Assembly (NCBI RefSeq): GCF_910592395.1
Contig: NC_088308.1
Coordinates: 2,108,001 to 2,172,000 of the forward strand
Direction: 5' to 3'
From: Lineus longissimus
Taxonomy: Eukaryota
DNA length: 64,000 nucleotides
The position numbers and the translations under genes were made by a program. A model generated the notes under the pieces. The model was not told where the DNA came from. It saw only the letters and a list, made by a program, of their open reading frames with translations, and made no database searches. Shown here piece by piece: positions 39,019-52,382 of the stretch. Numbering within the stretch: the first letter of the stretch is position 1; every line of letters begins with the position of its first letter.

Positions 39019-42000
39019 TGTCTATTTCATTGTGTTGAATGAATCTGAAAAGAGAAAAGTTGTGCATTTCTTTAAAATAGGGGAAGTGTAAAAAGTTATG
39101 TTGCTTTGGACCACCTGTTTCAACAGTGCATCTAAATCAGAGTGTATGTAACCTACAATCTATGGCAAATGCACAAGATCAATCGCTAAAACTTTCCTAA
39201 TGAGACTAATTGGAGAGGTATACTGTAGCTCAATATCATCAAATGACCATTGTGAGATACTGAAAGATTTCACCAGGTACATTATCTTCACACCTGCCAA
39301 AACCCAACCTGCTCTGAACTCTGATTACTCCAAGACACTGATGTCCATTCAGGGGAGAGGGGCAGTATTACTGTCCCTGACATTGGCAGTACACTTCAAT
39401 GCTTCACTTTCTTCATTGGGGACATTTCTCATGGTCTTCCATCCATTGTCTTGTGATGCCTTGACAATAATTGCCCCAAACTTCTTATGACAATAACCCC
39501 CAAGCTGAGAAGAACAACACTTATCAAGCTGGGCTTGGTGTTTGTCGACATAAGAATCAGGAGAAATGATAAAAACACATATTGTTACTAGCACAAATCT
39601 ATGACTTTCGAAAACACAAATGGCACAAATCACTCTGACCTCAAGTAACATCAATATCCCCCCCTCCGCCCCACTCTACCAAATTTTGTTGAAGGGAAGT
39701 ATAGAGTGTCATCGAGAGGTCTGGGTCAGGATGGTAGGCCATTGCCAATGTGCAAAAAAATGTTGGCTTCAGAGAAGGAAATTACTTTCCACAGTGGGAA
39801 TCAATATTTCTAGCTTTTTGGGTTTCAACATCAAATCACCAACCAACATTTTTAGTGCATTGGTATGGGTAACATACTGTATGTTGAACAAAATACCAAT
39901 CTAGGATAAAACCAATCATGGATAGTTTTTTTGCACCATACACTTCATTTTCATTTGCTGGCATATATCAAACAACGACACCACTAATAAACGTATTGAT
40001 TAGAGTCAAGAATGAAAAAGTGCAAACCAGCTATACATATAATCCTCTCACTCAACTAGAGAGAACTCTTGTGACGCATATGGTAAAGTCAACTCATGTA
40101 CATGAAGGCGGGGTAAACACAGCATGGGACTTGGCCAGAGCTTGGGAAATATCGATTCTGTTGTATACCCAGGATGTCACATTGTGAAATTAAGTGATGG
40201 CACAATGGGAAAGTTGGTGGGTGGCCTAACTTCATTTAGGAGGTATAAAGGTGACAAAAGTATAAGTAAGGGTAGTAATCACAGTAATAATATGGAATAA
40301 TTTAAAGGCTTCCCTAAAATTAACACTGGCATGTGCACAGTTTGATTGAAAGAAACCCACTTATACCCTCTCATATTCTTCAGACATACCAAAAATATTA
40401 CCATACAAGTTATTTGTGTATACAAAATTCTCAAATGTTAAAAGCCCCCACTGTGCTCTTGCAGCTACAAGTGTGATGTGTTAGATAGAGGTGAGTTTTT
40501 AACAAGTTTTTGAACAAATTCTCCTTGAAGAACTGGGCAATGTTGCCACAGAAATAAGTATTCAGAACTACTGCTTCAGAATCACCGGCCCAAATTCTCA
40601 AAGGAAATATATATTCCAATGCAAACACGTTTTCAATTTAATATTGCAAGTTTTCTGAAGTGGATGCTTGAGAATCCACTGACCACTTCAGCTTCTTTTT
40701 AAAACAGGGCCACCGCGGAAACAGACACTAAAACAACATAGTGATGGTGAAGGAGAGGAATGCAGCAAGTTAGGCCTCAAGTTCCACTCTTTGCCAAAAA
40801 GCCTACCTACTCTAGCACGAAATAAAGTATCCACTAAATAGTCATAAAGTGCAACAAAGTAGAGAGCAACCATCATCTCCAGAATTGTAAATCTCGATTT
40901 AAAAGGTGAGAGCAACTGAGAGTCATCAGCATCACAGGTTCAGCGCTATTGTGTAAAGTCCAGCCAGTCCAGACTCCATGGCTGAGAAGAATGCCTGTAT
41001 CTGATTACACATAAATTTCATTTCTGATTAGATTCTCACTTGGCCGGTTACCAAGTAATCGTTTTGTTTCCACTAATGTTTTGAGGGTCAGATATCCATC
41101 AGATTGTTTTTGTTTCTACCAAGTTGTGGGTCTTCAGCCAAGAAACAATGCTGCTGTAGGTGAAAAAGTAACCAAAGGACATGAACTAAACAACCTGTAA
41201 GAAAATGTCTTTGGATACGCCTCAGGTCAAAAGAAGAACAGTTGGGCCTTTCTAACTAAAGTACTGGCACACATACCCAGAAAGCTTTTTTTCTATTTTT
41301 TAATTGTACTATCCACCTCTGAGTGACCCATAAGTAAGTTAACCACAAAGAAACTTGTGGCACCTGCATGGCGGAGGTCTCTTATTTCGATACCTACCAC
41401 GCAATCTTAAATCTAATTACTATACAAACGCTTTGCTTAGTCAAATTACATGTCTCCCGCAAGAGTATGTAGTTTCTTATTTGACAACCAAACTAAACCT
41501 AGGGCCTACTGGGGGTCACCTAGCTATCAAATAACGCTACCAACTCACTATCGTCAGGCATGTTGGTAGTCGAGCCCGAAGTTGCACTGTGCCCACAAGT
41601 ACCTTGGCAAACATGTTGTTGACCTAAACCATACCCAGCCCTACCCCTCCCCAGACCTGAATTATCATTTCATCAATTCAAAGCAACAGAATTTCAAAAT
41701 GAAACTTATTATAGAAAGGAATGTGTTGAATTTGAAAAATTTCAATTTACATGGAAAGTAAAGAAGGTCACTGCTGTGGAAAAAGTAGGCCCTTCACATT
41801 GGAATTCAGGCCCTTCACACTAAAATGAATTATTGACCTCGCATATTTCAGCCACACTGCCAATCCCAGCACAAAAGTAATGAATGTTTTCGCTTATCCC
41901 ATTTCATTGAAAGGTTGACCACAATAATGGAGATGTGACTGGACTTAGTCACATGACAATCAATTATAGGCCCGGTACAAAGTGTGTAAGTGTGATTCAC

Positions 42001-44767
42001 AATCAAAATATTTGAGGTCAAAGTTGAAAGTATACTATTACTATGAATAAGGCATTCCATTAACATGAACTACTACTGTTCCCGCCATACTGTTTTCAAA
42101 GAATTGAGAATCTTTCTAGACTTGTTAAATTACAATGACAGGCCATTTTACAACAAAAAATGAATGTCACTAATATGTGTATTTCTTTGTTTTTACTTAC
42201 CATAAGAGTGATACAGATATTAGACATTGGCATTCCATCGAACTTTTCCACAACCCTTCTTGAATACATGTAAGAGAATCCCTGAAAAATCAAGAATGGA
42301 AAGTGTTAGCAGGTTCTGTGTGTTATGTCTTGAACCACCTTGGAGACACTCCCTGGATGACACCCCCAATTGCAGAGCAAATGCTGAAGAAGAAAGGAAT
42401 ACATGCACATTTACCCCTTCACTTTTATCCTCTGGCTCAAGTATCAGTAACGTCATGAATAACGCTTTTTTTAAAGGAGATGTTCACTTGAAAACCTGTG
42501 TTGGCAATGACACAGCAGTCTCACATCCCATAGATCAAGTTTGACTGATAACTGACCCAAGACACAATTGGATGACACTTCAGAGATACACCGATGTTGA
42601 TCTTAGATGTCATACAGACCATGAAGTTACAAGTAGTCTCTACCAAAGTTTTTATCAAAAACTTTCATTCCATTCAAGAAAACACAATGGCCATTCTTAC
42701 AACACACTTCCATTTTTTGTATGAAAAAGATGACAAAGACACTTTCTATTTAACACCCCAGTTGTAAAGAAAGATTGATTCCTGGAAATGGGGTGAGATA
42801 GGACACTTGATCATTGATTCAACTATGTCCTTTATTTTGGCAAGAGTACATGGGACGCCCACGATATCCTGATGTCAGAGGTTCGTAAGCAGGCCTTTGA
42901 AAACTTTTAGACCATATGAATACATTTGTTCATGTTTGAATGGTATTCAAAGCCTTGCAAATATGTTTGAAGGAATGTTTCAACAACAATTTATGTTGTG
43001 ACACATGAAATAATTGAATATGGTCATATATTCATCGAAAAAGTTCGGTCAAACTCAACTGACAAGGTATGAGTGAAATCCTAGACCTTTGAAAAATCTC
43101 AAGAATTGTCAAATTTATTTTGATATACTCAGTACTTACCAAAAAGCTGATCCTACGCAAGGAAACAAAAAAGCTCACTTGACTCACTTTCAACACTCCA
43201 GTTGTTTCAAGGAAGACAAACAGAAATGTGTCACACCAACATGACCTCTTGAGCTGGGGGTGAAAGAGGCTAATCCCTTATACATGTAGCCTTCCAATCC
43301 AATACCTTCCGAAAGCCGCTTAGGCACTGCTCACTCCATGAAACCCTAAAATCACCCCAGACCCTTTTCACCAAAAAGAAGGGTCCCAATACCAAAGCCC
43401 ACAGCCCAGCAGGACAACTTTTGATATCCCTAGCTGATTGCCTCCCCAGGCATAACGCTCAAACACAACCAACAAAGCCACAGAAGCCAACACATAATCT
43501 AAAGGTTCCAAATTAATTTGGCCACCAAATCTGAATTTCAAAAGAAATCTCAACATCTTGAACAAATGAATCGTTGACAATGGAAGTATTAGACTAATTC
43601 CTTCAGATGAACCTTGCTTGGACCCTTTTTTGACCAAACTGACCACCTGGACAAATGTAACAGTACAATTTGACTTTTGGCGAGATAAAGAAACCATTAC
43701 TGTTGTACACCCAGACTCAATTTGCAAACTGAGACAATCATTAACAATAGGTTACATCCGACTAAGGAGTGGTGTGGCACCATTGCCTCATTTGAAGACT
43801 TGTGCAAAATTTGGTTAAGTTGAGCCCTTTTATTGAGGTGTTGGTTACACCACAGACCATTTAGGGCATGCTGCCATCAATTTTAGAGAACAATGTTGAT
43901 TAGCTGCAACAACAAAAGTCCATTCATTCAGACTGGCACAACTTTGTTTGCAATGAAATTGGTGTGACTTCTGTTGAGAAAGAACCAGTGTCAACTTTGA
44001 TCATGTTATGCCATGTAACACTTGTGACTGGGAAAAGATAGCCATCTACAGCTCATGAAATAGTGAAGTGATGGCTGCTGGTGCAAGAGAGGTTTCTTAC
44101 CTCTACATGTATGCAGACGATATGAAGGTCAAGATGCTTTTGAATAAGCAATAACAGTATCACCTTTGACCAGTTTTGTCGGAGTATGTATTGGCTTAAT
44201 GCTGCAGAACCAGTCATGCCAAGGCTAGAGTCATATGAAACCTTCTTTCCCAACCAAGAACAACCCTCTCGCACCTGAACTCACTCGACTTACAAAAACA
44301 TTCAGGACAAACCCCAACAATGGCAAATTTGAAAAGTGGCCGGAGAGGTATAACCTGATAGTCTTCATGGTCTATTTTTGCTGAGGGGACCTTTGTACAA
44401 ACCAAACCAGACAGTTTGAAGCATTTTTAGATCAAGAGCACTCCAACGGTCAGCTTTCTTTTTCAGAGTGACTTTGGTAAAAATATTCTCTTTGTGCAGT
44501 GACGTTGTGGGTTGAGTGGGCTGTTGGTGTCGTTATGTAACTATCCAATTACCAGAAAGATGGCGTCCAAGGACCTGTTTATCGGCTTGATGCCAAGACA
44601 GTGTTTCTGCGGTGAACTCTAGCCTGAATATCAAGCTTAGCTGAAGCTTTTGAGATGTTGATACCCATCATGTTTCATGATACATGTACCTTACCGTGTT
44701 TTTATAGAATGAATGCCAAAATGAGAATCATGTACAAATTTGACAATGAACTGAAACAGACATTATG

Positions 44768-45242
44768 CAGGGCCGTATTTAGAGGGGGGGCAGGGGGGGC
44801 AGCTGCCCCCCCTGTGCAATAAATGTTGAAAAAAAAATTTTCAGACAGTAATAAAAAGACAAACTAATCTTAGCCATAGCTTTACCAGCATGATAGCAGC
44901 ATATGGATAGCAGATGTTATCAACTCAGGTGCAACCCTTATAATCTGACCAGTCCAGTGCCCTGACCCTAGTCTTCTATTCTGACAGAGGAGTTTCATAC
45001 AAGTCATATAGTAAAATCCCTAGTCTTCTTTCTCATAAAAGTGGTCCTTTTTTAGAGTAAAAATACTATTGATTCACACTTCCAAATGCCAGGAAAATGC
45101 CATTTCAGACCTTTTATTTTCAAATTTTTCCGGGGGAGGGCCCCCAGACCCCCCCGTTCGGATGCGCCTGCGGCGCATGCAGATCGCCTTCGGCGATCTA
45201 TCCCACTGCCCCCCCTGGACAAAAAAGTTAAATACGGCCCTG
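44768..45242. mobile_element. Non-autonomous hAT-like MITE (475 bp) with 5-bp TSD
   Basis: Perfect 14-bp TIR CAGGGCCGTATTTA / TAAATACGGCCCTG, TTATG on both flanks, G/C-run palindromes in the subterminal regions. Confidence 0.88.
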
Positions 45243-48213
45243 TTATGATGTAGGATAAATTCATGAAAGTCCAGACGAAAAACCATTGGGGGATCACCAA
45301 GTGCAATTGTACTGCATTGGTACTGGATGGTTTATGAATCACACTGAAGATGATTATCTTTCATAAATCGCTAGTATAAACCATAAGCTATTCAAAACTG
45401 ACAAAAAAGAGAAGAAATTTCATGGAAACTAAGAAGCTTGACCTCGTCAGGTTTGTCACTTCCGGTGCTCATATTGTCCTGACCTGGAGAGAAGAAAGGA
45501 CACTAGGATGGCCAACCTGGTACTTCACTTTGTCATGGTTTGGTCCCCCCTTGGCCATGTTTGTATAAGGATGATGTATCCATGGTGATGGACAAAGGAT
45601 GGTGAAATATGAAATCACTTTTTCATAGAATGGGTCGTGGTGGTTATGCATTGAGGGTTGTGACGAATGTACAAGCATATCAAGACTATCAACTTGCTAA
45701 AGCTGGTCAGTGAGGTCTTACTTCTGCAATATCTCTTACTGCTGTGACAGCTGTATGTCAACACACCAAACTCCACCACCTGACTCCAGGAATAACATTT
45801 CCCATGCACATATCACAGTCAAAACATTACATATTACCAAACAAAGTACTGTTTTTTTATGATTTAGCTTTTGTTGCTGAAACAAATGGGCTAACCACCC
45901 AACCACCAAATGGCTTAAACTTGGTAAAAAAGGATTTCGAGTAAAGTATGAAATATGCACAAAAAATCCATTTTTATCTTGTTATGATTTGGAGAGAGAG
46001 AGAAATTTCCAGGAAAACCTTTTTGTCATGTGTCCACCAATGGGAAAGAGGTACTAAGGATAAGCCTTCAATAACGAATTGGTCCTCAATGGTTTGTCAA
46101 CAATGGATCTTCTTAAAGACACCTTCTTTGCACTCTGTTCAACAAAATACAAATTTTAATGCTGGGCACTAAGTCCAGGGATATTATATGGAAGGCTGGA
46201 GGAAGATTAGTGGAAAAAATTAAAGCCCCAAAACCTTATGTTGAAAAATGGTTATAAAACCTTTCCAGACAAAAACTTGTTCTTGTGAGTCTCCTGTGGA
46301 GTTAGGCTTACACATTGGGCAATGAGCATGAAGGTCTTATCCAAAGTTACAGGGAAACCTAGGCCATCAACTCGTTATAAAGCCTTTGAAGACATAAATG
46401 GCCTTCGACTGACCCAAACACAGTCAATTCATGTGAACAAATGACAAAGATTTACATAACATATTCCAGTTAACTTGTTTTTTGAAGACCATCAAACACT
46501 AACTGCAAAAAACATTAAGGTTTTAGTACGACCCAAGAGTTCTGTTTCATCAGATTGAACTTAAGTCCCATTACTGATGTAAAATTGGTCTTCCAATTCA
46601 AATTAACTTCATGAAATCTTTCACAATGAGACAAGACACGACAACTGTCATTGTCAACTAAGACAAGAGTTGTTGACATGTTGGTTGGTAATTAAGTCCA
46701 ATAATTCCTAATCAACTACCATTGTTCGCAAATCTTATTAAAAGGGTGGCAACTTGTGACCAGGCAGGTCCAATCTAGGTAATTACTAGCACAATGGGTC
46801 AATATGAATAAAGTACAATGTCGGCCCTGAAAGCCCCTTAAGTAGCCTCTAATATATGTTGGCAATGTCCCAGTTCTTACTTAGAAAGAGGCATAAATAG
46901 CCCATATAGGGAAAGTAATGGACAAACATGTTTAAAAGTACGGGTAAAATGATTGGCAGTTTTCCAGAATTCACTAGAGTAAATCACTGACCTGAGATGA
47001 ACAAAAGCTATCTTATAGTCAACATATGATATAGACCTAATATGGGCCTATCTTAAAAGTTTTTTAATATATCAAATCTATTTTAAAGAAACAATATTTG
47101 GAAAATGTCCAATGATGGGTTTTGATTAAGATTAATTCGAATGCATGACAAGTTGTAGGTGCTCAACATAAAAACATCCTGGAGATAGTATAGGAAACTG
47201 TATTCTTTCCATTCTGGATAGAAATCAAACTTCCTATTTCGAAGAAAAACACAATCATTAGGTCAACTTGACACACACAGAGTACAGGACAACAAAATTC
47301 CCTGCAGGCAAACACTGGCTTCACAAAGGGCTCATGACCATGAAACAATTGTTCTTACACACCAAGACTCTCACATCCCCATGGCTTCTAGTTTTTGATT
47401 GGCTTCAGATGTTTCTGGCGTTGAATTCTTTTGTGAATACCATTTTTGAAGATATTTCAAAATCAACTTTTCCCCAATACCCCACTTCACACAATTGTCC
47501 CCTCTCTCTTAAATACCAATCCAACTTCATCACGATTTCCAGCAAGGACACAAAACAAAAGTTTCATAAATAATAAACATATAGCATAATGGTTGTCATG
47601 ACAAAGCATGGCAATACACACCTGGCTGCCCAGAGAAGGGCCTTGGTATTCATTCAAAAATTACTTGCCCCTCACCACTGCTCATATAGCCATAGCCCTC
47701 ACTAAAAGGACAGAAAACTCGGCCTGGGATGGACATGCTTACATGCAAGGCCTAATTTAGCAAGAAATTATTAAATCACCTGTGGCCAGCGGCCAGGGAA
47801 AGGGTCGCAAAAACAGTGCATGCGACGGACCATACATACTCGAGTACCGTGGAGTCGATCGGAGATGGTTAAATCCGTCTAACAAGCACAATCTAATAGA
47901 GTTGTTGGTAGTGATGTATGGACTAATCAATTTCAGTTAGGCATAAACATGAGCGCGATAATTGTAGGACAAGTAATAAGGCATTATAAACACACACTAT
48001 AAAGGGTCAATTTCCTTACATAGCGCCCTCAGGAGCCTCAGGTCTCAGTTGAGTACCCCGACACTACGGACGCGAACGTTGGGGGCATACACGATTACAA
48101 CCACCGACTAACATGACTAAAAACATTGCCACAAATCCGCAAATATCAAAACTACAAACTATAAAACAAGCACACTAAAAATTCCCTGAAATTTCTTTCA
48201 TTTTTGTACCTAC

Positions 48214-48340
48214 CTTTGGTGCAGAAATAAATCCAGTAAATAGGAAATAAAGGTGAAAATACGAGCACAAAATTATTCACACACTATCATTTGGGTCAGC
48301 GGCCATTTGCTCAGGTAAGTGATTGGTGACGTCACACATC
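48214..48340 (-). promoter_or_regulatory. Candidate promoter and non-coding first exon of the USP gene
   Basis: CRE TGACGTCA 48327-48334, adjacent CCAAT 48322-48326 (minus), YY1-like AAATGGCCGC 48299-48308 (minus), donor AAG|GTAGGT at 48214, local CpG enrichment 47.8-48.4 kb. Confidence 0.45.
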
Positions 48341-48835
48341 AATTGATTTGAATGACAATAGCAATCGATGAATTGTGTGGTGTTAGGTGGAGTCGCTTCG
48401 AGGGACACCTGGTGGGAAAGTTTGGAGTTGTGACTCATATTAGAGAGCTTTAGTAAAAATAAGTGATAACGTTACCATTTGTGTTACCCTCCATATCAGT
48501 GATATTGAGCTTTTCAAATAGGAAATAATTCTTTATCACTCACTCCACTCAAGGAGACCATTGGTTATAGTGAGGAACCAAGACCTGGTACACACCGGGC
48601 GCAGTGGACCGGCCTCGTCCCTCACCCAAGGAGATTCAATTAGGATGTCGCAATGGACTGCCCCGGGAGTCTAAGACCTGGCCGAAGCCTTTCAGCGTCT
48701 ATCCGACCAGGGAGAGATGTACAACGCTTCCTGATCGGATTCGCTCCGTGTCCAGAGATACGGTAGAGATACGGTGGCCTATGGTTCGAACCGGTGTAAC
48801 GTTTTTGGTTGCTCCCCACATTTCAGTGTGTCCAT

Positions 48836-48884
48836 GCAATTGACAGATAAAGAGACAATTGCAATTGACAGATAAAGAGACAAT
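48836..48884. repeat. 2 x 25-bp tandem duplication
   Basis: GCAATTGACAGATAAAGAGACAAT(T) occurs twice. Confidence 0.9.
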
Positions 48885-49176
48885 GACTTTTCAAAAGGGA
48901 AACACAGAAAAACGTGTAAATCTATCTTTCAGTGTTCCTATACAATGCGAAGAAACACTCAGAAACATTAAGCATGTGTACTATTAAAGTTTGAAATGTC
49001 CGATGCGCTTATAATCTCTGAGGCAATCGACAGTTGGCCACTTTTGAAACATTCACCATACTATTATCCTTCAGAATACCAAAGAGCCGCGCAATACTTC
49101 TACACCAGTGCAGCATCAGTGTTTGTTCCCCATTGACTGTGTTTCCCCTATTGTTCCCCTATCATTCATCGATTAA

Positions 49177-49450
49177 GCCCATCTCGATGGTCTGGTGGTT
49201 AAGGCGTCCGCCTCGTGAACGGGAGGTCGAAGGTTCGAGGCCCGCTCGGAACCTCCTTCCGATGCGGCCGGTTGGTTGCCTCCAGCTAGTTAAATATAGG
49301 GTACAAACTGCCATCCAGCCAGGCGCCTTGGCATTAGAGATAGGAGTTTGGAAGTAAAGAGTGTCTCATAAGCCGGCTGGCCCTTTCATCAGCTTAAGCC
49401 ACTGGATCTATAGTCATACATCATTGACTTGTAGGGTGGAACTAACTCTT
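49177..49450 (+). mobile_element. tRNA-derived SINE (Thr-CGT-like head, Meta-domain-like body); 3' end approximate
   Basis: Box A TGGTCTGGTGG 49188-49198, box B GGTTCGAGGCC 49232-49242, CT-CGT-GA anticodon-like loop. The acceptor stem does not pair. Downstream CCAGCCAGGCGCCTTGGCATTA resembles MetaSINE cores (from memory). Confidence 0.72.
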
Positions 49451-50704
49451 TGATATTTTGGAAGATCTTTTCGCGCGCAAAACTCATGCAAACGCTGGGA
49501 GTTCCATCTTTTACACAATGCGAAGATTACAAGTTATTATCATAGATAGCGTTCGATGTTACCAATGGTAACAGAATCTCAACAGCATCTCACCAGCAGA
49601 TGCTGCCATCTCGATAACTAGCGCTTAACTAAGTTTGTTTGAATCACATGTAAAGCGAGGCTTGAGATGGCGAGAAAGATGGCTGCTTGCAGCATCAAAA
49701 GATTTTGGTGCCTTTTCCTTCGAATGAAGCTGAATATATGAAAAAATACCGTTCTAATGGAGGTAAAATGAATTTCATTACATGAATATGATAATTATCT
49801 TTGCTTCTGTGATGCGTTTGTGTTCATATCTTGTTTGGTTTTGGTGTATTTAGCTGATTCTTTAGACCACTTTTGACGGGTAGATCATCAGATCCGCGTG
49901 ACATGACCGTTAGTGAGATGAGTTTTATTACACAACTAAGGATGCGTCACCTTCATGCTGATGTTGGGTGTTGCTGTGTCTTGATTAGATATTACTCAAG
50001 TCGATGTAAGGGCTAGCCCCCCCCCCCCCCCCCAACGTCTTGGAATGAAAGGCAAAGGGATCAGTCAAGTTGTTAGTCCTGCCTTAGTCAGTCCTCCCAA
50101 AAATAAGCATAATCGATGATGATCAGTTCTCCAGGGACCATGAATTCGAGGTAACCGAGAAGTACCCTGCTGTAGCCTATTTGTGTAATGATGTATATTT
50201 TGTAAGCTGATTGGCTTGTTTGGGAGAACTAAACACATTTTCTAGCTTTTTCTATAGGGGTTTGGGAATGCCTATTGCCCTTGTGCAGTAGATGCATTAT
50301 ATGATTGGTACTCGGTAAACGATGTATACTTCGAATTCTGGGTCCCTTGAGACCTGATGACAAGTGGAGGAATCCCTTGAAATTAGACCTTTCCAGGTAG
50401 ATCATTTGACATATGAAGATGTGGTCAACATTTTGGCAAGCTTTTAGTGTTGCCATTGTTAAGAACATATTGAATTGGTTTGGATTCAAACTTCTGCCCT
50501 ACTTGTTGAGAATCCGTGATGATCTCCCTTTAAAACTATCAGGGGCTGTATATCCCAATGTAATAAGGGCTGTAATAACTGTTGCAGGAGTGACGAAAGT
50601 ATAAACTCAAACAATTAAGGTGGTTTTCCAGAACTTATGGTGGTGTATAAGCAAACTACAATGTACCATGTTTGAATGAGTTATTTTTGTCATTTTAGAT
50701 AGTA

Positions 50705-50880
50705 GAGTAGAACCTCTCTATTAAGGACAGCTTCGGGACTGACAAGTGCTGTCCTTAAAAGAGAGGTGTCCTGATTAGTGAGGTCAAACTGCATGGAAAG
50801 AACCTATTTGGGACTAAAATGAGTGTCTCTAATAGAGAGGTTGTCCATAATAGATGTGTCCGCTAAGGGAGGTTCCACTC
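50705..50880. mobile_element. Tc1/mariner-pogo-type MITE, copy 1
   Basis: TA-flanked, TIR GAGTAGAACCTC...GAGGTTCCACTC, internal AATAGAGAGGT repeats. Confidence 0.88.
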
Positions 50881-50985
50881 TATAAACTCAAACAATTAAG
50901 GTGGTTTTCCAGAACTTATGGTGGTTTATAAGCAAACTACAATGTACCATGTTTGAATGAGTTATTTTTGTCATTTTAGATAGTA

Positions 50986-51164
50986 CAATAGAACCTCTCT
51001 ATTAAGGACACCCTCGGGACTGACAAGTGCTGTCCTTAATAGAGAGGTGTCCTGATTAGAGAGGTCAAGTTGAATGGAAACAACCAATTTGGGACCAAAC
51101 CTAGTCAGTCCTTTAATTTGAGAGGTTCTTAATAGAGAGGTGGCTGCTATGGGAGGTTCCACTG
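50986..51164. mobile_element. Tc1/mariner-pogo-type MITE, copy 2
   Basis: TA-flanked, CAATAGAACCTC...GAGGTTCCACTG, same family as copies 1 and 3. Confidence 0.88.
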
Positions 51165-52204
51165 TAATTGTAGACTCCTCATCTGGTTGACATGTTCCTT
51201 ACCGCTCAATGAAAACTGCATCCCATTTAAAAACATATCTTCCAGTAGAAGATACAACTGTCCCTTTATTGGGACCCTCATCTATCATTATATATCATAA
51301 TTCTGGTCTTTAAGTTATGTTTGATCTAAGAAGAAGGCGTACCCATTGCTTTTTCTAGTAGGTGGACATCTCATCATGAATATTCAATGAACCTATTGCC
51401 GCACCTTTGGCAACGAAGCCCTCTTATATTTTTTCTACTGTTTTGAAGTTCCAACCTCCCTTTCCAGATGGCACCAGGAGAAAATGATGAAAAAAAATAC
51501 ATATCTGGTTTTAAGGGTTCAAATTATCAAATCAATGAATCCAGTTGAATCTGGACTTCAGATTATTGGGAAAGATGGATAACTGTTTGTTATCATGTAT
51601 TTTGTTTCTCCTAATCATTGCCCGGGGGAGAATTGGCACAAATGCTCACAAAATATCTGTTCGATTCCTGAATTTCATTTACATAATGAGTTAATGCAGA
51701 TTGGGATTCATGTAGGTATTGACAAAACAGATGACCAAGACAGAAGGGGTTAATATGAAATTTTTCATCAAAAACTAAATTCCCTTTGGTTTTAAAAGAA
51801 TCTTGTAAGATTTCATCTGTTCTTTTCGCTCGATTCGAATTTTTGTGACAGCTAAAGAAATATTGGATGCATTGAACGCTACTCGGTATTTGAATGTCCT
51901 TCAGTCTGCTCACGTGATGTCTATGGAGCCGGTGCGCCTGCGACCAGATCTGTCGATGGGATCTGGAGCACGTCGCTACAAGCTCACTGTTTGAAAATTT
52001 CAATTCGGTGATCAATAAGCTGATAGCATTATGGATTGTATTTCAGCCTGTCAGAGCAGCAGCCTTGTTTATCTATGACGGCTGATAAATTTGCATCTTT
52101 TGTTTTCTTGATTTTTCTCACATCTTGCAGTAGTGAGGACCTTGACAAATTCTCTATCTATATTTGTTTGCTGTTTCCTAAGATTGTCTCGATAGTCTTC
52201 GCTA

Positions 52205-52382
52205 CAGTAGAACCTCTCCATTAAGGACAACCTCAGGACTGACAAGTGCTGTCCTTAATAGAGAGGTGTCCTCATTAGAGAGGTCAAATTGAATGGAACC
52301 AACCAATTTGGGGCCAAAACTAGTGTCCTTGATAGAGAGGTTGTCCTTTATAGAGATGTGTCCGCTAAGGGAGGTTCCACTG
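52205..52382. mobile_element. Tc1/mariner-pogo-type MITE, copy 3
   Basis: TA|CAGTAGAACCTC...GAGGTTCCACTG|TA, same family. Confidence 0.9.

Noticed and set aside
49177..49255. Functional tRNA-Thr(CGT) gene
   Set aside because: The acceptor stem does not pair, the anticodon and T stems are mismatched, there is no poly-T terminator, and it continues into a SINE-like body.
50340..50392. CTGATGA...GAAA hammerhead-like core on the + strand
   Set aside because: Stem II is out of register and stems I/III do not pair.
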